A stretch of DNA of 64,000 nt, taken from a virus. How positions within the stretch are numbered: the first letter of the stretch is position 1; every line of letters begins with the position of its first letter. The notes under the pieces are model-generated. The model did no database searches. It was not told where the DNA came from and saw only the letters and a list, made by a program, of their open reading frames with translations. The DNA is taken from the IMG/VR virus record IMGVR_UViG_3300047550_003635. One strand, written 5' to 3'. Shown here in pieces: positions 16,497 through 23,421 of this stretch. The translations under genes were made by a program, and so were the position numbers.

Positions 16497-16916
16497 ATGA
16501 AAGAAATCGTAATTAATACTTGTTATGGTGGTTTTAGCTTGTCACATGAAGCTATTATGCGTTATGCTGAAATCAAGGGATATACTCTTTATCCAGTAAA
16601 AGGTAAATTTAGCTTTTCGACTTATTGGAAAGTTCCTGAGAATGAACGTGTAAAAGAATTGCCGGGTCTTTGGAATTCACATTCTCTTGAAGCGCGACAA
16701 GAATATAATAAAAAATATCGTGAACAAACATTATATGACCGAGAAATTCCACGTGACGACCCAGCACTTGTTCAGGTCGTAAAAGAAATGGGTGAGCGTT
16801 CATTTGGTGGTCATGTTAGTTTGAGCGTTGTTGAAATTCCCGATGACGTTGAATGGCAAATTGAAGAATATGATGGTAACGAATGGGTTGCAGAAAAACA
16901 TAGGACTTGGAGATAA
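16497..16916 (+). CDS. Conserved phage hypothetical
   Basis: INTCYGGFSLS..R.DP.LV..IEEYDG motifs. Confidence 0.75.
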   Translation: MKEIVINTCYGGFSLSHEAIMRYAEIKGYTLYPVKGKFSFSTYWKVPENERVKELPGLWNSHSLEARQEYNKKYREQTLYDREIPRDDPALVQVVKEMGERSFGGHVSLSVVEIPDDVEWQIEEYDGNEWVAEKHRTWR

Positions 16917-16918
16917 TT

Positions 16919-17491
16919 GTGTTTATTTTTGACGTTGAGACTTTGGGTAAAGAATCAAAGGCAGTAATTCTGTCAATCGGTTGTGTTTATTTTAAACCCG
17001 AAGAAAAACCATCATTTGAGAAACTTAAAGAAAATTCATTCTTTATTAAATTTGATGCCGAAGACCAAGTAAAAAGATTAAAACGTAATATGACCAAATC
17101 TTCGCTTCAATGGTGGTCAAAACAATGTCTTAATGTTCGCAAGAAATCTTTTATTCCCGACCCTTCGCGTGATGTGAAAATTGAGGAAGGTCTTGAACAA
17201 TTTAGACAATGGACACAACAATTTAATGATAATAAATGTTGTGTCTGGGCACGTGGCAATCTAGACCAATTGGTTCTAGATTCCATGGAAGAGCAGCTTG
17301 ACATTGAACCTATTTTCTACTATAATAGATGGCGTGATGTGAGAACTGCGATTGACTTGTGGCATGATACATCATCTGGATATTGTAATGTTGATTATGC
17401 AAACTTTAATCCTGAATTAATGATTACAAAACATGACCCAGTTGATGATTGTCTATATGATGCGATGATGTTACTTTACGGTAAAAAGTAA
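16919..17491 (+). CDS. dexA: DexA-like DEDDh 3'-5' exonuclease
   Basis: FDVETLG, WARG, RDVRT, HDPVDDC motifs. Confidence 0.75.
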   Translation: MFIFDVETLGKESKAVILSIGCVYFKPEEKPSFEKLKENSFFIKFDAEDQVKRLKRNMTKSSLQWWSKQCLNVRKKSFIPDPSRDVKIEEGLEQFRQWTQQFNDNKCCVWARGNLDQLVLDSMEEQLDIEPIFYYNRWRDVRTAIDLWHDTSSGYCNVDYANFNPELMITKHDPVDDCLYDAMMLLYGKK

Positions 17492-17712
17492 TGCGGTATT
17501 GGACCATTTGTGAACCAAAAGACCCGGAAAATGATGATTGGTCATCTGAATATTTTACACTATCAGATGAAGATATTTTAAAAGAATATTGGGATTATTG
17601 GTATGGTAAAATGTGTGAAAAATATGGCAAAGAACATGTTGATACACATTATTCTCCACAAGAATGTATTGATGATTGGGTAATTATTCATTGGGCACAG
17701 GAAAGTAAATGA
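17491..17712 (+). CDS. Hypothetical protein
   Basis: Coupled ORF. Confidence 0.6.
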   Translation: MRYWTICEPKDPENDDWSSEYFTLSDEDILKEYWDYWYGKMCEKYGKEHVDTHYSPQECIDDWVIIHWAQESK

Positions 17713-18071
17713 AACCACTACTTCATGCTAATTTATCAGTAAAGTCATATGGCGGTAATGTTGATGATTATTTGCCCATTCATAACTTTATTGATAGTAG
17801 CAAGGCAGCACATGCAGATATTCGTCATCGTGCAATTCTACATTCTGCATTTGGATGTTTTATCGTAGAAAAAGTATTTGGCACTTATATTGTAAATTCA
17901 GCAGGTAAAAAAGTTTCAGTTCGTGACATTGCTGAGGAACATATTATTCAAGACTTGGGTTTTCTTCCTACTTTGGAAAAGTATTTGAATAATATGCAAA
18001 TTCAAAAATGGATGTCAGGAACAGAAAAAAGGCAGAGTTTTAAAAAACGTCACATTTCACTTGAGGATTAA
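17709..18071 (+). CDS. Conserved His-rich hypothetical (putative metal-binding)
   Basis: H..DSSK..D.RHR..LH..AEEHI..DLG. Confidence 0.7.
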   Translation: MKPLLHANLSVKSYGGNVDDYLPIHNFIDSSKAAHADIRHRAILHSAFGCFIVEKVFGTYIVNSAGKKVSVRDIAEEHIIQDLGFLPTLEKYLNNMQIQKWMSGTEKRQSFKKRHISLED

Positions 18072-18074
18072 AAA

Positions 18075-18530
18075 ATGAGTAATCTTAGCAAAATTATTGA
18101 AGAATATGAAATCACAAAAGAAAAATTCCAAACAGAAGCTAAAAAACTTCTTAAGGAAGAATTTAAAACTTTTTTCGACCAAGTTCCTGAAATCAAAACA
18201 ATCAAATGGTCACAATACACACCATATTTTAATGATGGTGATGAATGTGTTTTTGGTGTAAATGAACCTGTATTTTCAAATTGTGAAGATACAAATTCGG
18301 TATCATCATGGGGTGAATATGATGGTGATGAAAATGATGGTATGTTTGCATTTCAGGGAACTTGGGGTTTGCCTGATGAATTTAAATCAAAAGAACATCT
18401 TTTCCAAGAAATGGATTCTTTGATTTGTGCTAGTGCTATGCGTGAAGTTATGCTTGGTGCTTTTGGTGACCATTGTGAAGTGACCGTGACAAAAGACGGT
18501 ATTGATGTGGACCATTACGAACACGAATAA
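18075..18530 (+). CDS. Conserved phage hypothetical
   Basis: WSQYTPYFNDGDEC, FGDH motifs. Confidence 0.7.
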   Translation: MSNLSKIIEEYEITKEKFQTEAKKLLKEEFKTFFDQVPEIKTIKWSQYTPYFNDGDECVFGVNEPVFSNCEDTNSVSSWGEYDGDENDGMFAFQGTWGLPDEFKSKEHLFQEMDSLICASAMREVMLGAFGDHCEVTVTKDGIDVDHYEHE

Positions 18531-18704
18531 TGAAATATATTATTAATACGAGAATACATCCTAGTATAATTCTCACCTATAACTGTCCACCCAGTGCAGG
18601 TGAGATTTATTTTTTTAAGCCTGTTGATTATGATTCTATTGAGGATAATTTAAAAAATTCTGATTTTAAAGAGGCTAAAGAAATTATTGATAGGATATCA
18701 AAAC

Positions 18705-18914
18705 ATGAATAAAAAACTAAAAGAAATTGCCAAGAAAGTTATTGATGAAAATTATAATCAAGACGAGTATAAATTTTTTGTAGAATTTGCCAATATGTAT
18801 GGTTTGGCAATTCTACAAGAATGTATTGCTGCTGTAACTGAAAAAGAATATCCTAATGCATACGGTGAAATTACAGGTGTAAAAGCAATTCGTGACCGAT
18901 TTGAACTAGAATAG
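18705..18914 (+). CDS. Hypothetical protein
   Basis: AGGA RBS. Confidence 0.55.
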   Translation: MNKKLKEIAKKVIDENYNQDEYKFFVEFANMYGLAILQECIAAVTEKEYPNAYGEITGVKAIRDRFELE

Positions 18915-18922
18915 GAGACAAT

Positions 18923-19108
18923 ATGTTTTTAAAATATGAAACGACGGCAAAAGAATTTGTTGCAGTAAATCCAACACAGATTGCAATGATTCGTGATTTT
19001 GGTAATGATACAACTGAAATTGTTTTGTCTCATCATTTAACAAGAGTATGGGTAAAAGTTCCTTATCTTCAAGTTTTGGGAGATTTGCAAAGTGCCACAA
19101 AAGAATAA
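18923..19108 (+). CDS. Hypothetical protein
   Basis: AGGAG RBS. Confidence 0.6.
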   Translation: MFLKYETTAKEFVAVNPTQIAMIRDFGNDTTEIVLSHHLTRVWVKVPYLQVLGDLQSATKE

Positions 19109-19373
19109 AATATATTTTGTTGATACTGTTTCAATCTTTAGAATGAGATATGCTATTCGCGCCGAATCCGCTGAAAAAGCGCGAGAAAAATTTTATGAAT
19201 TGGATAAGGATGATTATAAATCAATAACTGAATTTTCACAAAAGCATTTGGGTGAAAAAGTATCCGATATTCGTGAAGTTAATCAAAAACAATATCTTTT
19301 GGATTTTGATACTGATAATGCTTACTTAAAAAGTTGGTCAAAACAAAAAAAATTAGACTTTATAAATCAATAA
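19092..19373 (+). CDS. Conserved phage hypothetical
   Basis: FRMRY..EFSQKHLGE motif. Confidence 0.65.
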   Translation: MPQKNKIYFVDTVSIFRMRYAIRAESAEKAREKFYELDKDDYKSITEFSQKHLGEKVSDIREVNQKQYLLDFDTDNAYLKSWSKQKKLDFINQ

Positions 19374-19383
19374 CTTACGACGC

Positions 19384-19412
19384 TTGACAAATAAATAATA
19401 AATCTGTATAAT
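19384..19412 (+). promoter_or_regulatory. Early promoter with IHF box (19365-19377)
   Basis: TTGACA-N17-TATAAT. Confidence 0.8.
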
Positions 19413-19442
19413 GATTGTATTGATAATTGACTAAGAGTAATC

Positions 19443-19592
19443 ATGTTCGATAAAATTAAAAAACGCGATTTCTATGCTAAAGATTTACTTACTCCGAAAT
19501 ATAGAATGCGTGTTGTAAAAAGTAAAAAATCTTATAATCGTCAAGCTGAAAAAATGGAAGCACGGAATGCAAACCGAAATTCCTATTTCTAA
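19443..19592 (+). CDS. Small basic ArfA-like protein (49 aa)
   Basis: KRDFYAKDLLTPKYRMRVVKSKKSYNR resembles the ArfA core; missed by ORF track. Confidence 0.5.
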   Translation: MFDKIKKRDFYAKDLLTPKYRMRVVKSKKSYNRQAEKMEARNANRNSYF

Positions 19593-19965
19593 GGTTCGTG
19601 CTTTTTTGAGTAAGTTTGACGGGTTTTTCTTTTTACCCATATATGATGAAGATATTCATGTGGATTATAAGATTGACCTTTTTGAATTCAATGAAAAGAA
19701 ATTGAAATCGAAAAAGATTGAACATACAGAAATAGGTGATATGTATCATATTGCTTTTTTTAAGATTGATAATGATACTTTTAAATATGATGAATCGTTT
19801 GAAGCCATTTTTGTTGACCCATTAACATATGTGAAAAATCTTATTGGTAGCAATCTTCACGGTATCATGGTCAGGAAAACGAAAAAATCGACTAAATGGT
19901 TCAATCAAGTATTGACTAATTTGAAGAATGATGTTAAGATAGATTCTATTACAAATAAAGGATAA
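19567..19965 (+). CDS. Hypothetical protein
   Basis: 132-aa ORF. Confidence 0.6.
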   Translation: MQTEIPISKVRAFLSKFDGFFFLPIYDEDIHVDYKIDLFEFNEKKLKSKKIEHTEIGDMYHIAFFKIDNDTFKYDESFEAIFVDPLTYVKNLIGSNLHGIMVRKTKKSTKWFNQVLTNLKNDVKIDSITNKG

Positions 19966-19969
19966 TATT

Positions 19970-20245
19970 ATGACTTTGTGGAATGATTTTTTGATTGAAA
20001 GTGCCCGTAAAAATCTGCGTGAATTGATTCGTGAAAATGTTGTAGAAGTTACGTTTGAAAAGGCTGACGGCACTGACAGAACAATGCTTTGCACATTGAT
20101 GGATTATAAAATTCCAGAAGATATGAAATCTAAAAATGCTGGTAAGAAAATTAATCCTGAAGTTTTGCCCGTTTTTGACCTGGAAAAGGGTGAATGGCGT
20201 AGTTTTCGGTATAGTTCCATAAAATATTTTACAATTATTACTTAA
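19970..20245 (+). CDS. WYL-like SH3 beta-barrel protein
   Basis: VTFEKADGTDRTMLCTL...VFDLEKGEWRSFR. Confidence 0.75.
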   Translation: MTLWNDFLIESARKNLRELIRENVVEVTFEKADGTDRTMLCTLMDYKIPEDMKSKNAGKKINPEVLPVFDLEKGEWRSFRYSSIKYFTIIT

Positions 20246-20252
20246 AAATCGC

Positions 20253-20281
20253 TTGACAAACAAAAAAGATACATATATAAT
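20253..20281 (+). promoter_or_regulatory. Promoter of tRNA operon leader
   Basis: TTGACA-N17-TATAAT. Confidence 0.8.
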
Positions 20282-20312
20282 AGTAGTATATTAAATTTTA
20301 AGAGATTCAAAA

Positions 20313-20411
20313 ATGTTACACAGTCATTCATCATTTATAGCCATTAGTCAAGAGTATCGCTTGCCAACAGCAGGATGCGATAATTGGCTATCGGACGGGG
20401 ATTGTGTATAG
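20313..20411 (+). CDS. Putative attenuator leader peptide (32 aa)
   Basis: MLHSHSSFIAISQEYRLPTAGCDNWLSDGDCV*; AAGAG RBS; 3' end overlaps the antiterminator strand. Confidence 0.65.
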   Translation: MLHSHSSFIAISQEYRLPTAGCDNWLSDGDCV

Positions 20412-20475
20412 ACTTAAAATAAGACAGTAATTCTAAACACAAACCCCTAGCAAAAACTAGGGGTTTTTTGTTTTT
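20397..20475 (+). terminator. Attenuator: terminator 20441-20469 with mutually exclusive antiterminator 20397-20412/20432-20447
   Basis: AAACCCCTAG-CAAAAA-CTAGGGGTTTTTT; GGGGATTGTGTATAGA pairs 14/16 with TCTAAACACAAACCCC. Confidence 0.75.
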
Positions 20476-20492
20476 AGCAGTATTGTTTTATC

Positions 20493-20518
20493 GTTCTTTA
20501 AAAATTAGGATTATTTGT
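20493..20518 (+). promoter_or_regulatory. boxA-like antitermination element, copy 1
   Basis: GTTCTTTAAAAATTAGGATTATTTGT, identical copy at 21598. Confidence 0.65.
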
Positions 20519-20594
20519 GTCCTGTTTGACTTCTGGTGAGGTCATCACCCTTTCAAGGTGACCAGAGCGGGTTCGAATCCCCTACAGGACGCCA
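20519..20594 (+). tRNA. tRNA-Glu(TTC)
   Basis: Cloverleaf, loop CT-TTC-AA, CCA. Confidence 0.9.
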
Positions 20595-20678
20595 TATTGA
20601 AACACATTAGCAAGACATGGTAAATCCAAGTGCCCAGTGTTGATAGCTTGTCGGTCAACATAGTGTGTTTCAATATGG
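20592..20678 (+). repeat. Repeated long-stem RNA element, copy 1
   Basis: CCATATTGAAACACATTA...TAGTGTGTTTCAATATGG. Confidence 0.7.
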
Positions 20679-20686
20679 TGAACAAA

Positions 20687-20778
20687 GGAAGTGTGGCTGA
20701 GCCTGGTTTAAGGCAACGGTCTTGAAAACCGTCGGCTCCGTAAGGGGTCCGTGAGTTCGAATCTCACCGCTTCCGCCA
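20687..20778 (+). tRNA. tRNA-Ser(TGA)
   Basis: Cloverleaf, long variable arm, CCA. Confidence 0.92.
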
Positions 20779-20786
20779 AATATAAA

Positions 20787-20878
20787 GGAGACTTGGCAGA
20801 GTGGTCGATTGCAGGAGTTTGCTAAACTCTAGGCTGGCGAAAGCTGGTCCATAGGTTCAAATCCTATAGTCTCCGCCA
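20787..20878 (+). tRNA. tRNA-Ser(GCT)
   Basis: Cloverleaf, long variable arm, CCA. Confidence 0.92.
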
Positions 20879-20885
20879 GATTTTT

Positions 20886-20980
20886 ACTTCTCAGCACTGG
20901 TGTGCGGCGGTGTCTTATAAACACTGGAGATTGGTCAGATAGGCTGAAACGGTAGGGTTCGAATCCCTAGGGAAGTACCA
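20886..20980 (+). tRNA. Atypical tRNA, anticodon TAT (Ile), long variable arm
   Basis: ACTTCTC/GGGAAGT acceptor, loop CT-TAT-AA, GGTTCGAATCC, CCA. Confidence 0.7.
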
Positions 20981-20992
20981 AAATTCGTTTAG

Positions 20993-21000
20993 TATAAATA
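20993..21000 (+). promoter_or_regulatory. T4-type late promoter
   Basis: TATAAATA upstream of HNH gene. Confidence 0.65.
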
Positions 21001-21041
21001 ATAGTTATACTTATTATTTTTCACTAAGATAGGAATAAAAT

Positions 21042-21434
21042 ATGAAAAAATGTATTTACTGTAATTTTGATTTAGTTGATGATTTTTATCCGTCGCATCC
21101 TAAAGCACACAAGAGATGTTGGAAAACAAGAACTTACCAATTGAAATTAAAAATAATTTATGATTATATGATGAAGCGTGGTGGACTTCGTTGTTCTAAA
21201 TGTGGTTACGATAATCATCCATCATCGTTATGTTTTCATCATAGAAATCCTGATGAAAAGGATCCGAAATGGAATAAACAATGGGCTAAAGCAAAATTGT
21301 ATAAAGAATTAGATAAGTGTGATATCTTATGTTTGAACTGTCATCAAGAGCATCATGCAATCACATCTGAATATGACCATTGGACAGACATGATAACAAA
21401 AATAAAGAATGATACATGGGAAATAAAAAAATAA
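21042..21434 (+). CDS. HNH homing endonuclease inserted in tRNA array
   Basis: CSKCGY..LCFHHRNP..C..LCLNCHQEHH. Confidence 0.8.
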   Translation: MKKCIYCNFDLVDDFYPSHPKAHKRCWKTRTYQLKLKIIYDYMMKRGGLRCSKCGYDNHPSSLCFHHRNPDEKDPKWNKQWAKAKLYKELDKCDILCLNCHQEHHAITSEYDHWTDMITKIKNDTWEIKK

Positions 21435-21443
21435 TAGAATAAC

Positions 21444-21521
21444 AGTGGGATGGCTGAGTGGACAAAAGCAACCGTCTGCAAAACGGTAAAATCGTGGGTT
21501 CGAATCCCACTCCTACTTCCA
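21444..21521 (+). tRNA. tRNA-Cys(GCA)
   Basis: Cloverleaf, U73, CCA. Confidence 0.9.
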
Positions 21522-21551
21522 AGTTGTTGTTTTAGAAGTAAAAGAAAATGC

Positions 21552-21579
21552 TTGACAAATGACGTAAAAAGAGTATAAT
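21552..21579 (+). promoter_or_regulatory. Internal tRNA-array promoter
   Basis: TTGACA-N16-TATAAT. Confidence 0.75.
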
Positions 21580-21597
21580 GATTTACATAGATTGATT

Positions 21598-21623
21598 GTT
21601 CTTTAAAAATTAGGATTATTTGT
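21598..21623 (+). promoter_or_regulatory. boxA-like antitermination element, copy 2
   Basis: Identical 26-mer between the promoter and tRNA-Gln. Confidence 0.65.
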
Positions 21624-21699
21624 AGGGGATTAGCCAAGCTGGTAAGGCAACGGATTTTGATTCCGTCATGCACTGGTTCGAATCCAGTATCCCCCACCA
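21624..21699 (+). tRNA. tRNA-Gln(TTG)
   Basis: Cloverleaf, CCA. Confidence 0.9.
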
Positions 21700-21787
21700 T
21701 ATTGAAATACATTCTTGTTAGAATGAAACTCTCGTAGAATGCCAATGGCCGCTTCAAAACCCGAGCGTAGAGTGTGTTTCAATATGG
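21697..21787 (+). repeat. Repeated long-stem RNA element, copy 2
   Basis: CCATATTGAAATACATTCT...AGAGTGTGTTTCAATATGG. Confidence 0.7.
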
Positions 21788-21789
21788 TA

Positions 21790-21926
21790 ACAGGTGGCAG
21801 CATGAGCGTGGTGTGATCCTCGAGGTAAGCGCCCGGACATGCGCTCACTCGTGCAGAGCAGTCGGGCGGCCGCCCGACCTCGGTGGAGTGAGAGATATGG
21901 GTTCGATTCCCATCTACTTGTGACCA
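21790..21926 (+). ncRNA. tRNA-like ncRNA (~137 nt) with T-arm and CCA but enlarged body
   Basis: ACAGGTGG/CTACTTGT stem, ATGGG-TTCGATT-CCCAT, ACCA end. Confidence 0.6.
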
Positions 21927-22048
21927 TATTGAAGCGCATTGCAAGCCCGAGTATAAACGTTAATACTTGGTAGAATGTGGAAGTTAGATATAAACTGGCC
22001 AGTGATAGCTAACAAAACATTTAAATAGTGTAGTGTGTTTCAATATGG
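21924..22048 (+). repeat. Repeated long-stem RNA element, copy 3
   Basis: CCATATTGAAGCGCATTGCA...TGTAGTGTGTTTCAATATGG. Confidence 0.7.
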
Positions 22049-22051
22049 TAA

Positions 22052-22143
22052 TTAGGCTACTTTCTGATGAGTTCTCGCCTGACAATAGAGAACGAAACAA
22101 CAAGTCGCGGTTGATGCTCCGGACATCCCCCTTGTTGTAAAAG
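22052..22143 (+). ncRNA. Type I hammerhead ribozyme
   Basis: CTGATGA core, stem II GTTCTC/GAGAAC, GAAA, stem III CAACAAG/CTTGTTG, GTA cleavage triplet, stem I CTTT/AAAG. Confidence 0.85.
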
Positions 22144-22147
22144 ATAT

Positions 22148-22221
22148 GGGAGTATAGTATAGTGGTAATACAGTGGACTTTTAATCCATCAACCAGAGTT
22201 CGATTCTCTGTGCTCCTACCA
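22148..22221 (+). tRNA. tRNA-Lys(TTT)
   Basis: Cloverleaf, CCA. Confidence 0.9.
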
Positions 22222-22228
22222 AGATTTT

Positions 22229-22302
22229 GCCTCCATGTTGTAATGGTAACCTGCTGGGCTGTCTACCTAGCGTCAGGGGTTCGATTCCCCTTGGGGGCGC
22301 CA
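22229..22302 (+). tRNA. tRNA-Asp(GTC)
   Basis: Cloverleaf, CCA. Confidence 0.9.
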
Positions 22303-22309
22303 ATATAAT

Positions 22310-22401
22310 GCGTGAACGGCAGAGACGGTGGTTCTGCAACAGACTGTAAATCTGTTCCCACAGGGTAAACATTGGAGGTTCGAATCCTTCTTCACGCACC
22401 A
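22310..22401 (+). tRNA. tRNA-Tyr(GTA)
   Basis: Cloverleaf, long variable arm, CCA. Confidence 0.9.
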
Positions 22402-22417
22402 AGATATATAATAATAC

Positions 22418-22491
22418 GGGGACTTCGTATAACGGGATTACGGTAGCTTTGCAAGCTATTCACAAGGGTTCGACTCCCTTAGTCTCCACCA
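22418..22491 (+). tRNA. tRNA-Ala(TGC)
   Basis: Cloverleaf, G3-U70, CCA. Confidence 0.9.
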
Positions 22492-22498
22492 GATTTAT

Positions 22499-22575
22499 TG
22501 CGGGAGGGTGAAACGGTTTCCACGTTGGTCTCATAAGCCAAAGACATCAGGTTCAACTCCTGTTTCCCGCAACCA
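22499..22575 (+). tRNA. tRNA-Met(CAT), initiator-like
   Basis: TGCGGGA/TCCCGCA acceptor, TTCAA T-loop. Confidence 0.8.
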
Positions 22576-22582
22576 GTTTTAA

Positions 22583-22657
22583 GCCCTGTTAGTTCTAGTG
22601 GTAAAACGTCGGTTTTGTAATCCGAATTCGGGTGTTCGATTCACCCACGGGGCACCA
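22583..22657 (+). tRNA. tRNA-Thr(TGT)
   Basis: Cloverleaf, CCA. Confidence 0.9.
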
Positions 22658-22665
22658 AGTTTTAA

Positions 22666-22742
22666 CCGAGTGTAGCGCAGTCTGGTAGCGCAGATGCTTT
22701 GGGAGCATAAGGTCGGGAGTTCGAATCTCTCCACTCGGACCA
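22666..22742 (+). tRNA. tRNA-Pro(TGG)
   Basis: Cloverleaf, CCA. Confidence 0.9.
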
Positions 22743-22749
22743 ATATAAT

Positions 22750-22828
22750 ACCCCATTAGTTCAGTGGATTTAAGAACGAGTGGCTACGGACCACTAGGTC
22801 GGGAGTTCGATTCTCTCATGGGGTGCCA
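22750..22828 (+). tRNA. tRNA-Arg(ACG)
   Basis: Cloverleaf, CCA. Confidence 0.9.
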
Positions 22829-22899
22829 ATATGTTGCAACTAATCTTAGGGATTGAATGTTAGCCTAAGTTAAAATGAAAAAAATCATTCACAGATTAT

Positions 22900-22978
22900 T
22901 CCTCATAATCCGAGCAAGGTGCACGGACGTGACTGTTAATCACTGACTAGCAAGGTTCGATTCCTTGATGGGGAGCCA
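22900..22978 (+). tRNA. tRNA-Asn(GTT)
   Basis: Cloverleaf, CCA. Confidence 0.88.
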
Positions 22979-22981
22979 GAA

Positions 22982-23174
22982 CGTGCCGTCTAATCAACGG
23001 CTAGTCTTACCCAGACGATGAGAAGTGGGATGATTTCCCAAGGGTGGTTCCAGTCCTACCGAACTGGCGCTGGCAATGCGAGAACGGTTCTTGTCGTGGA
23101 GCGGGTGGAGGGTGTAGTGAGGGGTTAAAAACCTGATGCATACACTAAATTACCGCCGAAGAATGTCAGAGCAT
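22982..23174 (+). ncRNA. Unassigned GC-rich structured ncRNA (~190 nt)
   Basis: Non-coding, multiple hairpins, lies between two tRNAs. Confidence 0.55.
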
Positions 23175-23177
23175 AAA

Positions 23178-23254
23178 GCCCCGGTGACGGAACTGGCATA
23201 CGTGTTGGTCTTAGAAGCCAAATTTTGTGGGTTCGACTCCCACCTGGGGCACCA
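23178..23254 (+). tRNA. tRNA-Leu(TAG), short variable arm
   Basis: 77-nt cloverleaf, CCA. Confidence 0.88.
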
Positions 23255-23260
23255 AATTTC

Positions 23261-23336
23261 GGATAGTTGGCTGAGCGATTGAGGCGCTGCTCTCATAAGG
23301 CAGTTTAGAGTGGTTTAACTCCACTACTATCCACCA
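23261..23336 (+). tRNA. tRNA-Met(CAT), elongator-like
   Basis: Cloverleaf, CCA. Confidence 0.8.
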
Positions 23337-23341
23337 GTAAT

Positions 23342-23415
23342 GCTTCGATAGTTAAATGGTATAACGGTCGGCTGATAACCGGCTATCACAAGTTCGATTC
23401 TTGTTCGAAGCACCA
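23342..23415 (+). tRNA. tRNA-Ile(GAT)
   Basis: Cloverleaf, CCA. Confidence 0.9.
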
Positions 23416-23421
23416 ATATAT

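Noticed and set aside
20592-22048. Constant-arm/variable-interior elements as a mini-CRISPR
   Set aside because: The arms are inverted rather than direct repeats, and they are separated by tRNAs.
21353-22402. Minus-strand ORFs over the tRNA array (21353, 21666, 21754, 22181; also 25683, 26153)
   Set aside because: They are shadows of tRNA and ncRNA genes on the + strand.
22829-22899. Spacer between tRNA-Arg and tRNA-Asn as an ncRNA
   Set aside because: AT-rich with only weak pairings; insufficient support.
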